Source: a virus (Duplodnaviria > Heunggongvirae > Uroviricota > Caudoviricetes). Taken from it: DNA of 61,488 bases. A model generated the notes under the pieces. That model did not search any database and was not told the DNA's origin. It saw nothing but the letters and a program-made list of their open reading frames with translations. The position numbers and the translations under genes were made by a program. The stretch lies in the IMG/VR virus record IMGVR_UViG_2908567220_000003, one strand, 5' to 3'. Shown here piece by piece: positions 29,164 to 38,518 of the stretch. How positions within the stretch are numbered: the first letter of the stretch is position 1; each line of letters begins with the position of its first letter.

Positions 29164-31284
29164 TTAATCTTCTGCCTCAGGCTGGAACATCAGCACGTAA
29201 AAAACATGCTGCTTCCCCCCAATTTTGCCGAGCGCCTTTTTCTTGTAACGGCGATCGTTACCCGCTTCCAGCATTCCGGCAGCACTCAACGCGCGGGCAA
29301 AGTGAGACGGATTAAATCCCTGTGCTATCTCACCCTCAAATACATGCGGGAACGTGTAAAAACGGAACTCGTCATCTTCGTTTCTGATACTCCCCTTTCT
29401 GTATCCGGCAAGCTCTTTAATCGGTAAATCACGCTCGTCGGTGTTGGGCCACGGAAGGTATCTGCTGAATCCGAACGACGCTAAAAAAGCCTCTGCCTGT
29501 TCAACCATCTGTTTAAACTCCCTGTTACCCGTGCCGAACTCCTTCACCCAGGCATTAAAATTATGCTGAATGGCATCGCGGCACGCCTGAACATCCCAAC
29601 CAGTAATATGGACGGAAAGCACCAGCGCCGACTCCAGCATGGCGAATCGTTCCCCCACACGGTGAACCTGTTCGCCGTAACTCTCCGGTATCAGGTTGCG
29701 CCACCGTTCACGGCATGCCCTTACCGTATCCTTTGCCTCCTGCTGGTGGTCTGCCAGCCATTTAACCCATTCACGCCCCGCCGCCCCGTGATTTTCTGTC
29801 CAGGCATCCTTTAACGCGTCTGCGTGTGCCTTTCCGGTGCTGTATTCGTGAAACTGCGTGGCTTTTTCCATTGGCACGTTAAGCAGGCGGACAAGCTGCC
29901 CCGCCTTGACTTTTATCCCCTCCGTTTTGAGGAATGTCTCAACGTCCATTTCTCCGGTGCTGATTGCCACCGTGCGCCAGTGTTTGATCTCCCTGTTGCC
30001 GCCGTCCTTCGCCCCCTGTAATTTCCCCGAACCGTTAAACAGCGTATAAGCCGACGTGGACACTTCCCGCGCGTTTCCGGCCTGACCTATTTCATCCAGG
30101 GGTAATAGCCCGTCATTGTGCGCCTCTGCCTCGTTGGCGATGCCTAACGCTGTACCGTACCAGGTCAGCCGTTGCGCGTCCGGCTCTCCCCATAAACTGG
30201 ATGCGATGTTCTGTGTGGTGGTTTTCCCTGCCGATGACTGTTCGAAAAGATGTACCCCGAAGCCGTCAGCACCCACCAGCCCGATTAATGGTGCGGATAA
30301 CGATACCGCCACACCCAGCATCATGGACGGATTACCACCAGCCAGCCGCGCAACGGTATCGCGCCAGCCCTCCGCCGTTCCTGCCACAGAATAGCCATTA
30401 ACGGCAGCCGTTTTTCCGGTAAACAGGATCGGTTTTTCAGACTCACCAATGACTGAACCGTCCGGCATGATGTACGCACCAAAATGCCAGCCCGTTGTTG
30501 TGCTTAACTGCCATTCCTCATGGTTTCCGCTTAACTGCATCCAGTCAGCCAGGATAGCCCTGTATTTGCCGTTAGTTGTTACGTTAAGGCCGTGGTCTTT
30601 CAGCAACCGCCAGCCGTCACGGTCGCCAATGCCCCCGCACGGAACCGCCATTGTGATGACTTCATGGTTTGCGGGTTTCTTCCAGCGCATCACGCGGTAA
30701 TGCTCTTTGCCGATTGTCCCCGTTCCCAGTAGTTCAAGCGGGGAACATAACCACGTCTCAGGCCGGATAATTTCGCCTGACTGCTTGTCAACTTTGGGCG
30801 TTACCCAGAAAACACCATCGGCGCGACTTTCAACGCGGGGCTTTAATTCATCATCGCCCTGGCTTTCTGTGATTTTTTTCTTTAAGGGCAACACCAGACT
30901 TTCCCCGCGCTCGTATTCGTCTTTCAGCCGGGCAAGCTGCGGTGTCCAGTCCTCCAGTAGTTCACCGTTCTCGTCACAAAAACTGGCTTCCTTAACACCA
31001 GCCACTGCCAGCAGGGTTTCAATCTGTAACGCCTGTCTGTCATCCAGCTTTCCGGCACGTCTGACCATGGCGCGTAACCGTCCATCATCCACAATACGCA
31101 GGTTTTCCAGATTACCCAGGTCACGCCGCCCGAGATAAACAGGTGGTATTTTGTCGCCGCGCTTTCTGGCTTCTCCGCCCTGCATGTAATGCTCTGCGTG
31201 GCTGTATGCGTCATCCCCCGCAAAAATCACTGCATCCTCGCCTTTATCTTTCGGTAACAGTTTTACGTTCGGTGCCAGTTTCAT
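29164..31284 (-). CDS. replication primase/helicase (DUF927-type P-loop NTPase)
   Basis: 706-aa ORF with Walker A (SSAGKTTT); ATG verified; adjacent to iterons. Confidence 0.65.
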   Translation of the reverse strand: MKLAPNVKLLPKDKGEDAVIFAGDDAYSHAEHYMQGGEARKRGDKIPPVYLGRRDLGNLENLRIVDDGRLRAMVRRAGKLDDRQALQIETLLAVAGVKEASFCDENGELLEDWTPQLARLKDEYERGESLVLPLKKKITESQGDDELKPRVESRADGVFWVTPKVDKQSGEIIRPETWLCSPLELLGTGTIGKEHYRVMRWKKPANHEVITMAVPCGGIGDRDGWRLLKDHGLNVTTNGKYRAILADWMQLSGNHEEWQLSTTTGWHFGAYIMPDGSVIGESEKPILFTGKTAAVNGYSVAGTAEGWRDTVARLAGGNPSMMLGVAVSLSAPLIGLVGADGFGVHLFEQSSAGKTTTQNIASSLWGEPDAQRLTWYGTALGIANEAEAHNDGLLPLDEIGQAGNAREVSTSAYTLFNGSGKLQGAKDGGNREIKHWRTVAISTGEMDVETFLKTEGIKVKAGQLVRLLNVPMEKATQFHEYSTGKAHADALKDAWTENHGAAGREWVKWLADHQQEAKDTVRACRERWRNLIPESYGEQVHRVGERFAMLESALVLSVHITGWDVQACRDAIQHNFNAWVKEFGTGNREFKQMVEQAEAFLASFGFSRYLPWPNTDERDLPIKELAGYRKGSIRNEDDEFRFYTFPHVFEGEIAQGFNPSHFARALSAAGMLEAGNDRRYKKKALGKIGGKQHVFYVLMFQPEAED

Positions 31285-31580
31285 TTTTTACCTCTGGATG
31301 CGCTGAGCATGCTTTTTATTTTCTTAATATTTTCCCGTGCTTTTTCCCTGCTGGTGGGCTTACCGCGTGTTGCGTTCTGTACCAGAGAAAAATCACGCCG
31401 GAACTGATAAACAGGCATCACGCAGTCATAGCCGTACCCATCACGGCGGTAAGTAACGCACCGTCCCGCCACGCTTTTAATCGTTACCGTGCCGCCGTAG
31501 TTATCCCGGAAAATATCGCCGGGGCGGATTTCAGGCCGAGCGGGGCCGCTGGCAGTAAAGCCAGAAATTTTCTGTTTCAT
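31281..31580 (-). CDS. hypothetical protein
   Basis: 99-aa ORF, ATG verified, stop overlaps primase start. Confidence 0.4.
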   Translation of the reverse strand: MKQKISGFTASGPARPEIRPGDIFRDNYGGTVTIKSVAGRCVTYRRDGYGYDCVMPVYQFRRDFSLVQNATRGKPTSREKARENIKKIKSMLSASRGKK

Positions 31581-31585
31581 GGTTT

Positions 31586-31819
31586 TTATTTCCCGGTGTG
31601 TTGCTCTTTATATCTGTCGTGCAAGATGTCTATTTCTTGCAGTTCATTTATTACAGGCTCAAGAAGCGTTATTAATGCTGTTGCAATATTGCTGTTGCGT
31701 TTATCTCTTTCATTATCGCCAAGCGTTTCAAGCCATAAGCGCAATATTTCAAGCATGTTTTCACTGTAAGCAAGTGCGCTGTATGCATGATCTACTGTGT
31801 CATTGTAAATATCATGCAT
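31586..31819 (-). CDS. hypothetical protein
   Basis: 77-aa ORF, ATG verified. Confidence 0.4.
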   Translation of the reverse strand: MHDIYNDTVDHAYSALAYSENMLEILRLWLETLGDNERDKRNSNIATALITLLEPVINELQEIDILHDRYKEQHTGK

Positions 31820-31822
31820 GGC

Positions 31823-32023
31823 TCACCCCCCCTGAATATTCGCGTTAATCATTCCGACACGCTCTGCGAGTTCCTGTAATGATTCCCTTGTTGCGACAAT
31901 TGCTTCATCTGGCAGGTGGTAATTACTCACCACGCGACCTTTATCCACATTGACTAGCAACTGCCCGGTGAATTTCTCACGAAACTGGATGCGGTTAAGG
32001 TCGGTAAGTGACAGGTTAATCAT
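31823..32023 (-). CDS. hypothetical protein
   Basis: 66-aa ORF, ATG verified. Confidence 0.4.
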   Translation of the reverse strand: MINLSLTDLNRIQFREKFTGQLLVNVDKGRVVSNYHLPDEAIVATRESLQELAERVGMINANIQGG

Positions 32024-32219
32024 GGTGTACCCCCTGACGAATACGGGCGGCGAATACCATCACGCAGCCAGCCGGGGATTGCTGGCGTGCTTCCTGTTCG
32101 CTGGTGGCCTCAATGGTAATCACGCGCGGTTGTGCCGTGCTCAGGGCGATAAAACGCCAGATATATTTATTCAGGTTGTGCGAGTCCCGCCCTTGCGGGT
32201 GTGTGGTATGATTTCTCAT
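32016..32219 (-). CDS. hypothetical protein, first gene of leftward operon from the divergent control region
   Basis: ATG at 32219 with GAGGT RBS; only the 3-prime 67 codons of track ORF 32016..33089 are plausible. Confidence 0.4.
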   Translation of the reverse strand: MRNHTTHPQGRDSHNLNKYIWRFIALSTAQPRVITIEATSEQEARQQSPAGCVMVFAARIRQGVHHD

Positions 32220-32316
32220 AGCTACCTCGATACTCTTGCTATCGTTGGTGGTTAGACGCCCTGCATGTGTTGCGAGCACTGCGGGGCGTTGCTTAATTTG
32301 AGTGACAAAACTCAAA

Positions 32317-32395
32317 CTGTGCGCACAGATTAAAATCATGTGTGCGCACATGTCAATACTTAACATCTCATTTTTTTTGCTGTATTGTGTGCGCC
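32317..32395. promoter_or_regulatory. divergent promoter/operator region with TGTGCGCACA palindromes
   Basis: perfect 10-bp palindromes at 32319..32328 and 32341..32350 (23 bp centre to centre) plus TGTGTGCGCC half-site near 32386. Confidence 0.6.
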
Positions 32396-32424
32396 CATAA
32401 AGTCCATTTAAGTGAGGTGCATCA

Positions 32425-32622
32425 ATGTCTAGCGGTAACACAAACAACAAATCAGCAAAGAAAAATATTCGATTCCCACATGAGCTTATAGATGGGATTG
32501 ATGCCAGCGTTGAACAAGAAAAATTAACTAATCCTAGTGCTAATTTTTCCGCATGGGTCTTAGATGCCTGTGGACGCAAATTAAAATATGAACAGCGCCG
32601 GAAGGCCAAAGAATCAGAATAA
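32425..32622 (+). CDS. ribbon-helix-helix-type DNA-binding regulator (candidate satellite master repressor)
   Basis: 65-aa ORF, ATG with GTGAGGTG RBS; NIRFPHELIDGIDASVEQ pattern fits beta-strand plus helix of RHH fold. Confidence 0.45.
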   Translation: MSSGNTNNKSAKKNIRFPHELIDGIDASVEQEKLTNPSANFSAWVLDACGRKLKYEQRRKAKESE

Positions 32623-32664
32623 TCACTATCAGCGCCGTGGTGTGAGTAACTACGGCGCATTGCT

Positions 32665-32853
32665 ATGCAGGACAACACAATGACCGATAAAGAATTGACC
32701 AAAACATTATCACCGACACGGAAAAGACGGCGCAGAAAGATAGAGCATGAATCAGAAAGATTCGCACCTTGTTCGTTTGCTCTTGAGAAATTCCTTAAAG
32801 AGCGCAGGAAAAAGCTCTCGTTGCAAACCTTGGAACGAACCAAATCTGACTGA
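32665..32853 (+). CDS. hypothetical small basic protein
   Basis: 62-aa ORF, ATG verified; followed by GC hairpin and T-run. Confidence 0.35.
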   Translation: MQDNTMTDKELTKTLSPTRKRRRRKIEHESERFAPCSFALEKFLKERRKKLSLQTLERTKSD

Positions 32854-33233
32854 TCACATTGCCCACCAGCCGCAAATGTGGCATTGTTGGTGATGCTTTT
32901 GTTTTCCCTTGTTCCCACTGGCGACCCTTTTGCGGTCGCCTTTGTTTTGCCTGTTATCCGGCAATAGTGGCGCTTCGTCACCTGTCTGATATAATTCCAC
33001 AGCTTATATTCATTTTTTGCGCAGTAGGTTAATTGTTCGCAAGGGCGCTCCGGCAACGGGGCGCTTTTTGTTTTTACCCACCAGCACAATAAAAATCTTC
33101 ATTTTCCATTTTTGTAAAATTTCATGCTTTCCGGACGACTGGTCATATGTCATTTTTTAGCAGAAGATTTTGCCTTGCTGGTGGGTAGCTTCCCGGTCAA
33201 CACGATGTACCGTATAATCAACACCGCGTGTGG

Positions 33234-33812
33234 TTACTGAATACGCTCACCAAAGTAAAACTCAGGCTGGTATTCACGTATCAGCCTTTTTTCTTCTTCC
33301 TCCAGCTCACGCTTTTTGCGCTTACATGCCTGTAGCTCCCTCCCCTTCTCACTGGCACTTATCTGGTATTGCTCTTTGCGGCGGGAAAAATCCTGTAATG
33401 CGCCCCACGGGATACCATAAGCCCCCGTTTTTCTGATACCCGGTATCACATTTCTGAATACCCAGTTACTGAAACGATGAGCAAATGTGCCAGGCGTCGT
33501 TGCTTTGCGGCTGCGGGCTATTAGTTTGTAGAAACCTGATTCGGAGATAATGCTCATATTCTGATTTCCTCCGGGGGTGTAAGTTAAATTTACTCCCTTT
33601 TCGTCATCATCAAGCATCTGCAACGCCGTACGCGAATTGGTCAGTTCCAGCGCAGCACAAACATCCTTTGCAACAAACCACGGATCGCCGTTTAGATACA
33701 CCACACGAACATCCACGCCATCAAAGCGCAGAACGACCAGATCACGAATATCACAGAATTTTTTCACATGACGTGCGTCACCCTTGCCCGTCACGGCAAT
33801 ATTTTTATTCAT
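33234..33812 (-). CDS. Bro-N domain protein (antirepressor-like)
   Basis: 192-aa ORF with N-terminal Bro-N-like region and C-terminal charged coiled coil; ATG verified. Confidence 0.65.
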   Translation of the reverse strand: MNKNIAVTGKGDARHVKKFCDIRDLVVLRFDGVDVRVVYLNGDPWFVAKDVCAALELTNSRTALQMLDDDEKGVNLTYTPGGNQNMSIISESGFYKLIARSRKATTPGTFAHRFSNWVFRNVIPGIRKTGAYGIPWGALQDFSRRKEQYQISASEKGRELQACKRKKRELEEEEKRLIREYQPEFYFGERIQ

Positions 33813-33869
33813 TGCTTTTTACCTCACATACAAAAAACCCCGCATTGCGTGGTGCGGGGTTGTCGGTAA

Positions 33870-34148
33870 TTACTTATTGGCGTTTTTGTATGGGCTGTTT
33901 ACTTCCTTTACTCCTGGCGGATGCATAACCCACCAGAGCACATCAGAGAGCAACCAGGAAACAGACACTTTCCCTAAATGAGCACGAGCAGGAAATGCTC
34001 CCTCCTGTTCAAGTACCCAACGTCTGCTTCTTGAAAGCCCGGTACGATTGGCACACTCATGTTCGCGTATACGGCGATCATACGGTTCGCCATGATCTTT
34101 CAGAATCTGAATGCGTTCTTCGGGTGTAGGATAAATAAATTTTTGCAT
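33870..34148 (-). CDS. alpA: AlpA-family transcriptional regulator
   Basis: ATG at 34148 with AGGTGA RBS; motif GLSRSRRWVLEQEGAFPARAHLGKVSVSWLLSDV; downstream of integrase. Confidence 0.7.
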   Translation of the reverse strand: MQKFIYPTPEERIQILKDHGEPYDRRIREHECANRTGLSRSRRWVLEQEGAFPARAHLGKVSVSWLLSDVLWWVMHPPGVKEVNSPYKNANK

Positions 34149-34379
34149 AAAAATATCACCTATAAAAAAACCCGCCAAAAGACGGGTTGATTATATCTCA
34201 TTTAATTTAGCTCAGGGTTTCCATTCACCTTTTACCCATTCCAGCACCTCAGATAAGCGCCAGACTTTTGTTTGTGGGCCAATACATATTTTTCGTAACC
34301 GTCTCATTTAAACCGTCTTTCGCCTCCCTTTCCTGTTTCCGATACTAATGTCCATTTTCGCAGTAAAGGGACATTTAAG

Positions 34380-35030
34380 ATGAATGCACGAAAAGCGGTA
34401 CTGGCAGACAATCCGGAATTGATCCTGCGTGTGCTACAGCTGAGATTTGACGAGTCACTGTCGTACCCGCGCATTTCTGCGCAGACCGGTGTCAGCAAAA
34501 CCGCCATTTTTTCTCTGGTGAGGCGATTTCACCAGGTATTCACTGACTGGCCTCTTTCCGGTGAATATTCCTGCGGGCAACTGGCCCGGGCTCTTTTCCC
34601 GGGGCGATACCCTTCAGCCCCGACCGTGACTCAGCCTGTGAAAGCAGAGAAACCCCGCCGGAACCGATTTTCACCGGAGTTTAAATGGAGACTGGTTCAG
34701 CAAACTCTTTTACCCGGTGCCTGTGTCGCACAAATAGCTCGAGAGAATGGAATTAACGATAACCTGCTCTTTAACTGGCGGCATCTCTGGCGTAACGGTG
34801 GCCTGCAACCGCCCGGCGAACATGAAACATCGCTACTTCCCGTGACGTTAACTCCGGAGCCGGATAATAAAATCCCGGCACCAGTGCAGATACCTGAACA
34901 GATAAATACACTGCCAGACAGTCTGTGCTGCGAGCTGGTTCTGCCGGCCGGAACTCTCAGGCTGAAAGGTGAACTGACACCGGCGTTATTACAGACACTT
35001 ATCCGCGAAATGAAAGGGAGCAGCCACTGA
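34380..35030 (+). CDS. IS66-family accessory protein (orf1, HTH)
   Basis: 216-aa ORF, first of three in the IS. Confidence 0.7.
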   Translation: MNARKAVLADNPELILRVLQLRFDESLSYPRISAQTGVSKTAIFSLVRRFHQVFTDWPLSGEYSCGQLARALFPGRYPSAPTVTQPVKAEKPRRNRFSPEFKWRLVQQTLLPGACVAQIARENGINDNLLFNWRHLWRNGGLQPPGEHETSLLPVTLTPEPDNKIPAPVQIPEQINTLPDSLCCELVLPAGTLRLKGELTPALLQTLIREMKGSSH

Positions 35031-35377
35031 TGATATCTCTCCCTGCCGGTTCGCGTATCTGGCTGGTTGCCGGTATCACCGATATGCGAAATGGCTTTAA
35101 CGGCCTGGCCTCAAAAGTTCAGAACGTCCTGAAGGATGACCCGTTCTCCGGGCATCTGTTCATCTTCCGCGGACGCCGGGGTGACCAGATAAAAGTGCTG
35201 TGGGCTGACAGTGACGGACTGTGCCTCTTCACCAAACGCCTGGAGCGGGGCCGCTTCGTCTGGCCGGTCACCCGCGATGGAAAGGTTCACCTTACTCCGG
35301 CTCAGTTGTCCATGCTTCTCGAAGGCATCGACTGGAAGCACCCGAAACGAACGGAACGCGCTGGCATCCGCATATAA
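35030..35377 (+). CDS. tnpB: IS66-family TnpB (orf2)
   Basis: 115-aa ORF, ATGA overlap with orf1, typical IS66 orf2 size and sequence. Confidence 0.8.
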   Translation: MISLPAGSRIWLVAGITDMRNGFNGLASKVQNVLKDDPFSGHLFIFRGRRGDQIKVLWADSDGLCLFTKRLERGRFVWPVTRDGKVHLTPAQLSMLLEGIDWKHPKRTERAGIRI

Positions 35378-35396
35378 CCCGTTGTAAAGTGAGGAT

Positions 35397-36968
35397 ATGG
35401 ACACCTCACTTGCTCATGAGAATGCCCGCCTGCGGGCACTGTTGCAGACGCAACAGGACACCATCCGCCAGATGGCGAAATACAACCGCCTGCTCTCACA
35501 GCGGGTGGCGGCTTATGCTTCCGAAATCAACCGGCTGAAGGCGCTGGTTGCGAAACTGCAGCGCATGCAGTTCGGTAAAAGCTCAGAAAAACTTCGCGCT
35601 AAAACCGAACGGCAGATACAGGAAGCCCAGGAGCGAATCAGCGCACTTCAGGAAGAAATGGCGGAAACGCTGGATGAGCAATATGACCCGGTACTGCCAT
35701 CCGCCCTGCGCCAGTCTTCAGCCCGTAAGCCGTTACCGGCCTCACTTCCCCGTGAAACCCGGGTCATCCGGCCGGAAGAGGAATGCTGCCCGGCCTGTGG
35801 TGGTGACCTCAGTCCTCTGGGGTGTGATGTGTCAGAGCAACTGGAGCTTATCAGCAGCGCTTTTAAGGTTATCGAAACACAACGTCCGAAACTGGCCTGT
35901 TGCCGGTGCGACCATATCGTGCAGGCACCAGTACCTTCAAAACCCATTGCACGCAGTTATGCCGGAGCGGGGCTTCTGGCTCATATCGTCACCGGGAAGT
36001 ATGCAGACCATCTGCCGTTATACCGCCAGTCAGAAATATACCTTCGTCAGGGCGTGGAACTGAGCCGCGCCACGCTGGGGCGCTGGACCGGTGCCGTTGC
36101 TGAACTGCTGGAGCCGCTGTATGACGTGCTGCGCCAGTATGTGCTGATGCCCGGTAAAGTCCATGCGGATGATATCCCCGTTCCGGTCCAGGAGCCGGGC
36201 AGTGGTAAAACAAGAACTGCCCGGCTGTGGGTCTATGTCCGTGATGACCGTAACGCCGGTTCACAGATGCCCCCGGCGGTCTGGTTCGCGTACAGCCCGG
36301 ACCGGAAAGGTATCCATCCACAGAATCACCTGGCCGGTTACAGCGGTGTGCTTCAGGCAGATGCTTACGGTGGTTACCGGGCGTTATACGAATCCGGCAG
36401 AATAACGGAAGCCGCGTGTATGGCCCATGCCCGGAGAAAAATCCACGATGTGCATGCAAGAGTGCCAACCGACATCACCACGGAAGCCCTGCAGCGTATC
36501 GGTGAACTGTATGTCATCGAGGCAGAAGTCCGGGGATGTTCAGCAGAACAGCGTCTGGCAGCAAGAAAAGCCAGAGCGGCTCCACTGATGCAGTCACTGT
36601 ATGACTGGATACAGGAACAGATGAAAACACTGTCGCGTCACTCGGATACGGCAAAAGCGTTCGCATACCTGCTGAAACAGTGGGAGGCCCTGAACGTGTA
36701 CTGCAGTAATGGCTGGGTGGAAATCGACAACAACATCGCAGAGAACGCCTTACGGGGAGTGGCCGTAGGCCGGAAAAACTGGCTCTTCGCGGGTTCCGAC
36801 AGCGGTGGCGAACATGCGGCGGTGTTGTACTCGCTGATCGGCACATGCCGTCTGAACAATGTGGAACCAGAAAAATGGCTGCGTTACGTCATTGAGCATA
36901 TCCAGGATTGGCCGGCAAACCGGGTACGCGATCTGTTGCCCTGGAAAGTTGATCTGACCTCTCAGTAA
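35397..36968 (+). CDS. tnpC: IS66-family transposase (orf3)
   Basis: 523-aa ORF with leucine-zipper-like N-terminus and Cys-rich motif. Confidence 0.8.
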   Translation: MDTSLAHENARLRALLQTQQDTIRQMAKYNRLLSQRVAAYASEINRLKALVAKLQRMQFGKSSEKLRAKTERQIQEAQERISALQEEMAETLDEQYDPVLPSALRQSSARKPLPASLPRETRVIRPEEECCPACGGDLSPLGCDVSEQLELISSAFKVIETQRPKLACCRCDHIVQAPVPSKPIARSYAGAGLLAHIVTGKYADHLPLYRQSEIYLRQGVELSRATLGRWTGAVAELLEPLYDVLRQYVLMPGKVHADDIPVPVQEPGSGKTRTARLWVYVRDDRNAGSQMPPAVWFAYSPDRKGIHPQNHLAGYSGVLQADAYGGYRALYESGRITEAACMAHARRKIHDVHARVPTDITTEALQRIGELYVIEAEVRGCSAEQRLAARKARAAPLMQSLYDWIQEQMKTLSRHSDTAKAFAYLLKQWEALNVYCSNGWVEIDNNIAENALRGVAVGRKNWLFAGSDSGGEHAAVLYSLIGTCRLNNVEPEKWLRYVIEHIQDWPANRVRDLLPWKVDLTSQ

Positions 36969-37122
36969 ATATCAATACGGTTCTGGCGAGCCGCTTACTA
37001 TTTTTCGTGGAAATTTTCCTTCCTTTTCAAGTAACGATCTGTGTCTCCTGCCAAGAGCGGTTAACCATGCACATTCATCTTCCTTAATCATCCTGTCGAT
37101 TGTTTCATCATTTTCAAGTTCT

Positions 37123-38346
37123 TCACGCGTAACTATTTGAATCATTACTGTCACCACTAATTTGCTTATTCAGATAGTCGTACCACCAGTTCATAGCTTC
37201 TTTTTTTCTGTCCATATACTGGCTTCTGTTATAAACCCCGGCAACACCGCCTAATGTGTGCCCAAGCAACTGTTCAACCACATTATGTTCAAAACCATGA
37301 TCACTTAGTTTTGTGGCAAACACTCTTCGCATATCATGCGCCGTCCATTTCTCCGAGTGTTTCATCCTTTTCCATGTCTTACCGATAGTTACGCTTGCCG
37401 TACACTGACGCATATCAAACCCAATCACATTTTCTTTGTTACCTGTTATTTTTTTTAACGTAACTAACCAGTTAAACATGCCATCAGGAATCGGTCTGAT
37501 TATTTCCCTGCCATTTTTGCTATGATCAGCGGGAACGCGCCATAATTTCTTATCAAAATCCCACTCTACCCAGGACGACAGTAATACTTCTGACAGTCGA
37601 CAACCAAAAACTACCAGGAAACGTAAAATAATTCGGTTTTCATATGATAATTCGTGATTGTCATAATCAGTATTAATACTTCGCCATAAATCTCTGATTT
37701 CATCATCTGTTAAAACCCTGCTTCTTCGCGCAGACTTTTTTCCCACATCACAGACCTCAAGATCATCAATTTCATGACTAATCGCGTATTTTCTTACCCT
37801 ACAAAATTTAAGCGCCTGTTTTGATATACGCAACAAAGCTCCGGCCTGTACAGGTGCTACTTTTTTTATTTTGTCAAAACACTTAATCCACATAGATATA
37901 GAGCAATCACTAAGTGGTACATGACCAATCACCGGATAAATATGTTTACCAAAGCACTGCCTGATATGTTCTGCTCCCCTACGCTTATCCATTGCATAAT
38001 TATCAAGCCAGTATTCAAGTGCCTCACGAACGGTAACAGGTTGCAAGGTGGCTTCCCGTTCAATTTTTATCTGAATCCGTGGATCTCTGCCCTCCGCAAG
38101 CCAAGTTCGACACTGATCGCGCATCTCTCTCGCTGATTTGAGACTCAGATCAGGATATTTTCCAAGTGTCAGCCAGATGGGCGCGGTTTCCCTTCCCGCC
38201 AGTCTGTAAAAGAAAACAAAACTAACACATCCGTATTTACTGACCCGTACCGAAAGCCCGTTACCATCAGCGATGGTTTCCTGCCTCTCACTCCTGCGTC
38301 CAAGCAGGGAACGAAGTTTTTTATCGCTCAGTTTGTTTAGCGCCAT
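37123..38346 (-). CDS. int: tyrosine integrase, P4-type (satellite)
   Basis: ATG at 38346 (MALNKLSDKKLRS) inside track ORF 37123..39546; C-terminal R..H..GH..Y catalytic pattern; adjacent to right junction. Confidence 0.85.
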   Translation of the reverse strand: MALNKLSDKKLRSLLGRRSERQETIADGNGLSVRVSKYGCVSFVFFYRLAGRETAPIWLTLGKYPDLSLKSAREMRDQCRTWLAEGRDPRIQIKIEREATLQPVTVREALEYWLDNYAMDKRRGAEHIRQCFGKHIYPVIGHVPLSDCSISMWIKCFDKIKKVAPVQAGALLRISKQALKFCRVRKYAISHEIDDLEVCDVGKKSARRSRVLTDDEIRDLWRSINTDYDNHELSYENRIILRFLVVFGCRLSEVLLSSWVEWDFDKKLWRVPADHSKNGREIIRPIPDGMFNWLVTLKKITGNKENVIGFDMRQCTASVTIGKTWKRMKHSEKWTAHDMRRVFATKLSDHGFEHNVVEQLLGHTLGGVAGVYNRSQYMDRKKEAMNWWYDYLNKQISGDSNDSNSYA

Positions 38347-38518
38347 GTGATTTATAACCCGTTTTTGCAATACACAGTGCAATACACAAATGATGAAAAC
38401 AGCCAGAACCTTCCAGAAAAAACAAAAACGACGAACAAGAAAAAAATCTTTTTCTTTCATTTGGTTACTAAAAAAATCAGGACAGGTCGCACTGTTGTTA
38501 CGGCGTGATGTTACTTTC

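Larger units (their letters stand above)
34295..36998 (+). mobile_element. IS66-family insertion sequence, copy 1 (2704 bp)
   Basis: termini GTAACCG...CGCTTAC, 8-bp target duplication TATTTTTC at 34287..34294 and 36999..37006; three tnp ORFs. Confidence 0.85.

Noticed and set aside
29206-31138. Multiple 60 to 140-aa plus-strand ORFs inside the primase/helicase gene
   Set aside because: All antisense to a 706-aa ORF with a clear Walker A motif and verified ATG; shadow ORFs.
32016-33089. 357-aa minus-strand ORF
   Set aside because: Runs across the operator region, the RHH gene and the 62-aa gene on the other strand; only the last 67 codons have a proper ATG and RBS.
36972-37157. 61-aa minus-strand ORF spanning the IS66 copy 1 right end
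   Set aside because: Read-through of the IS terminus; created by the insertion.
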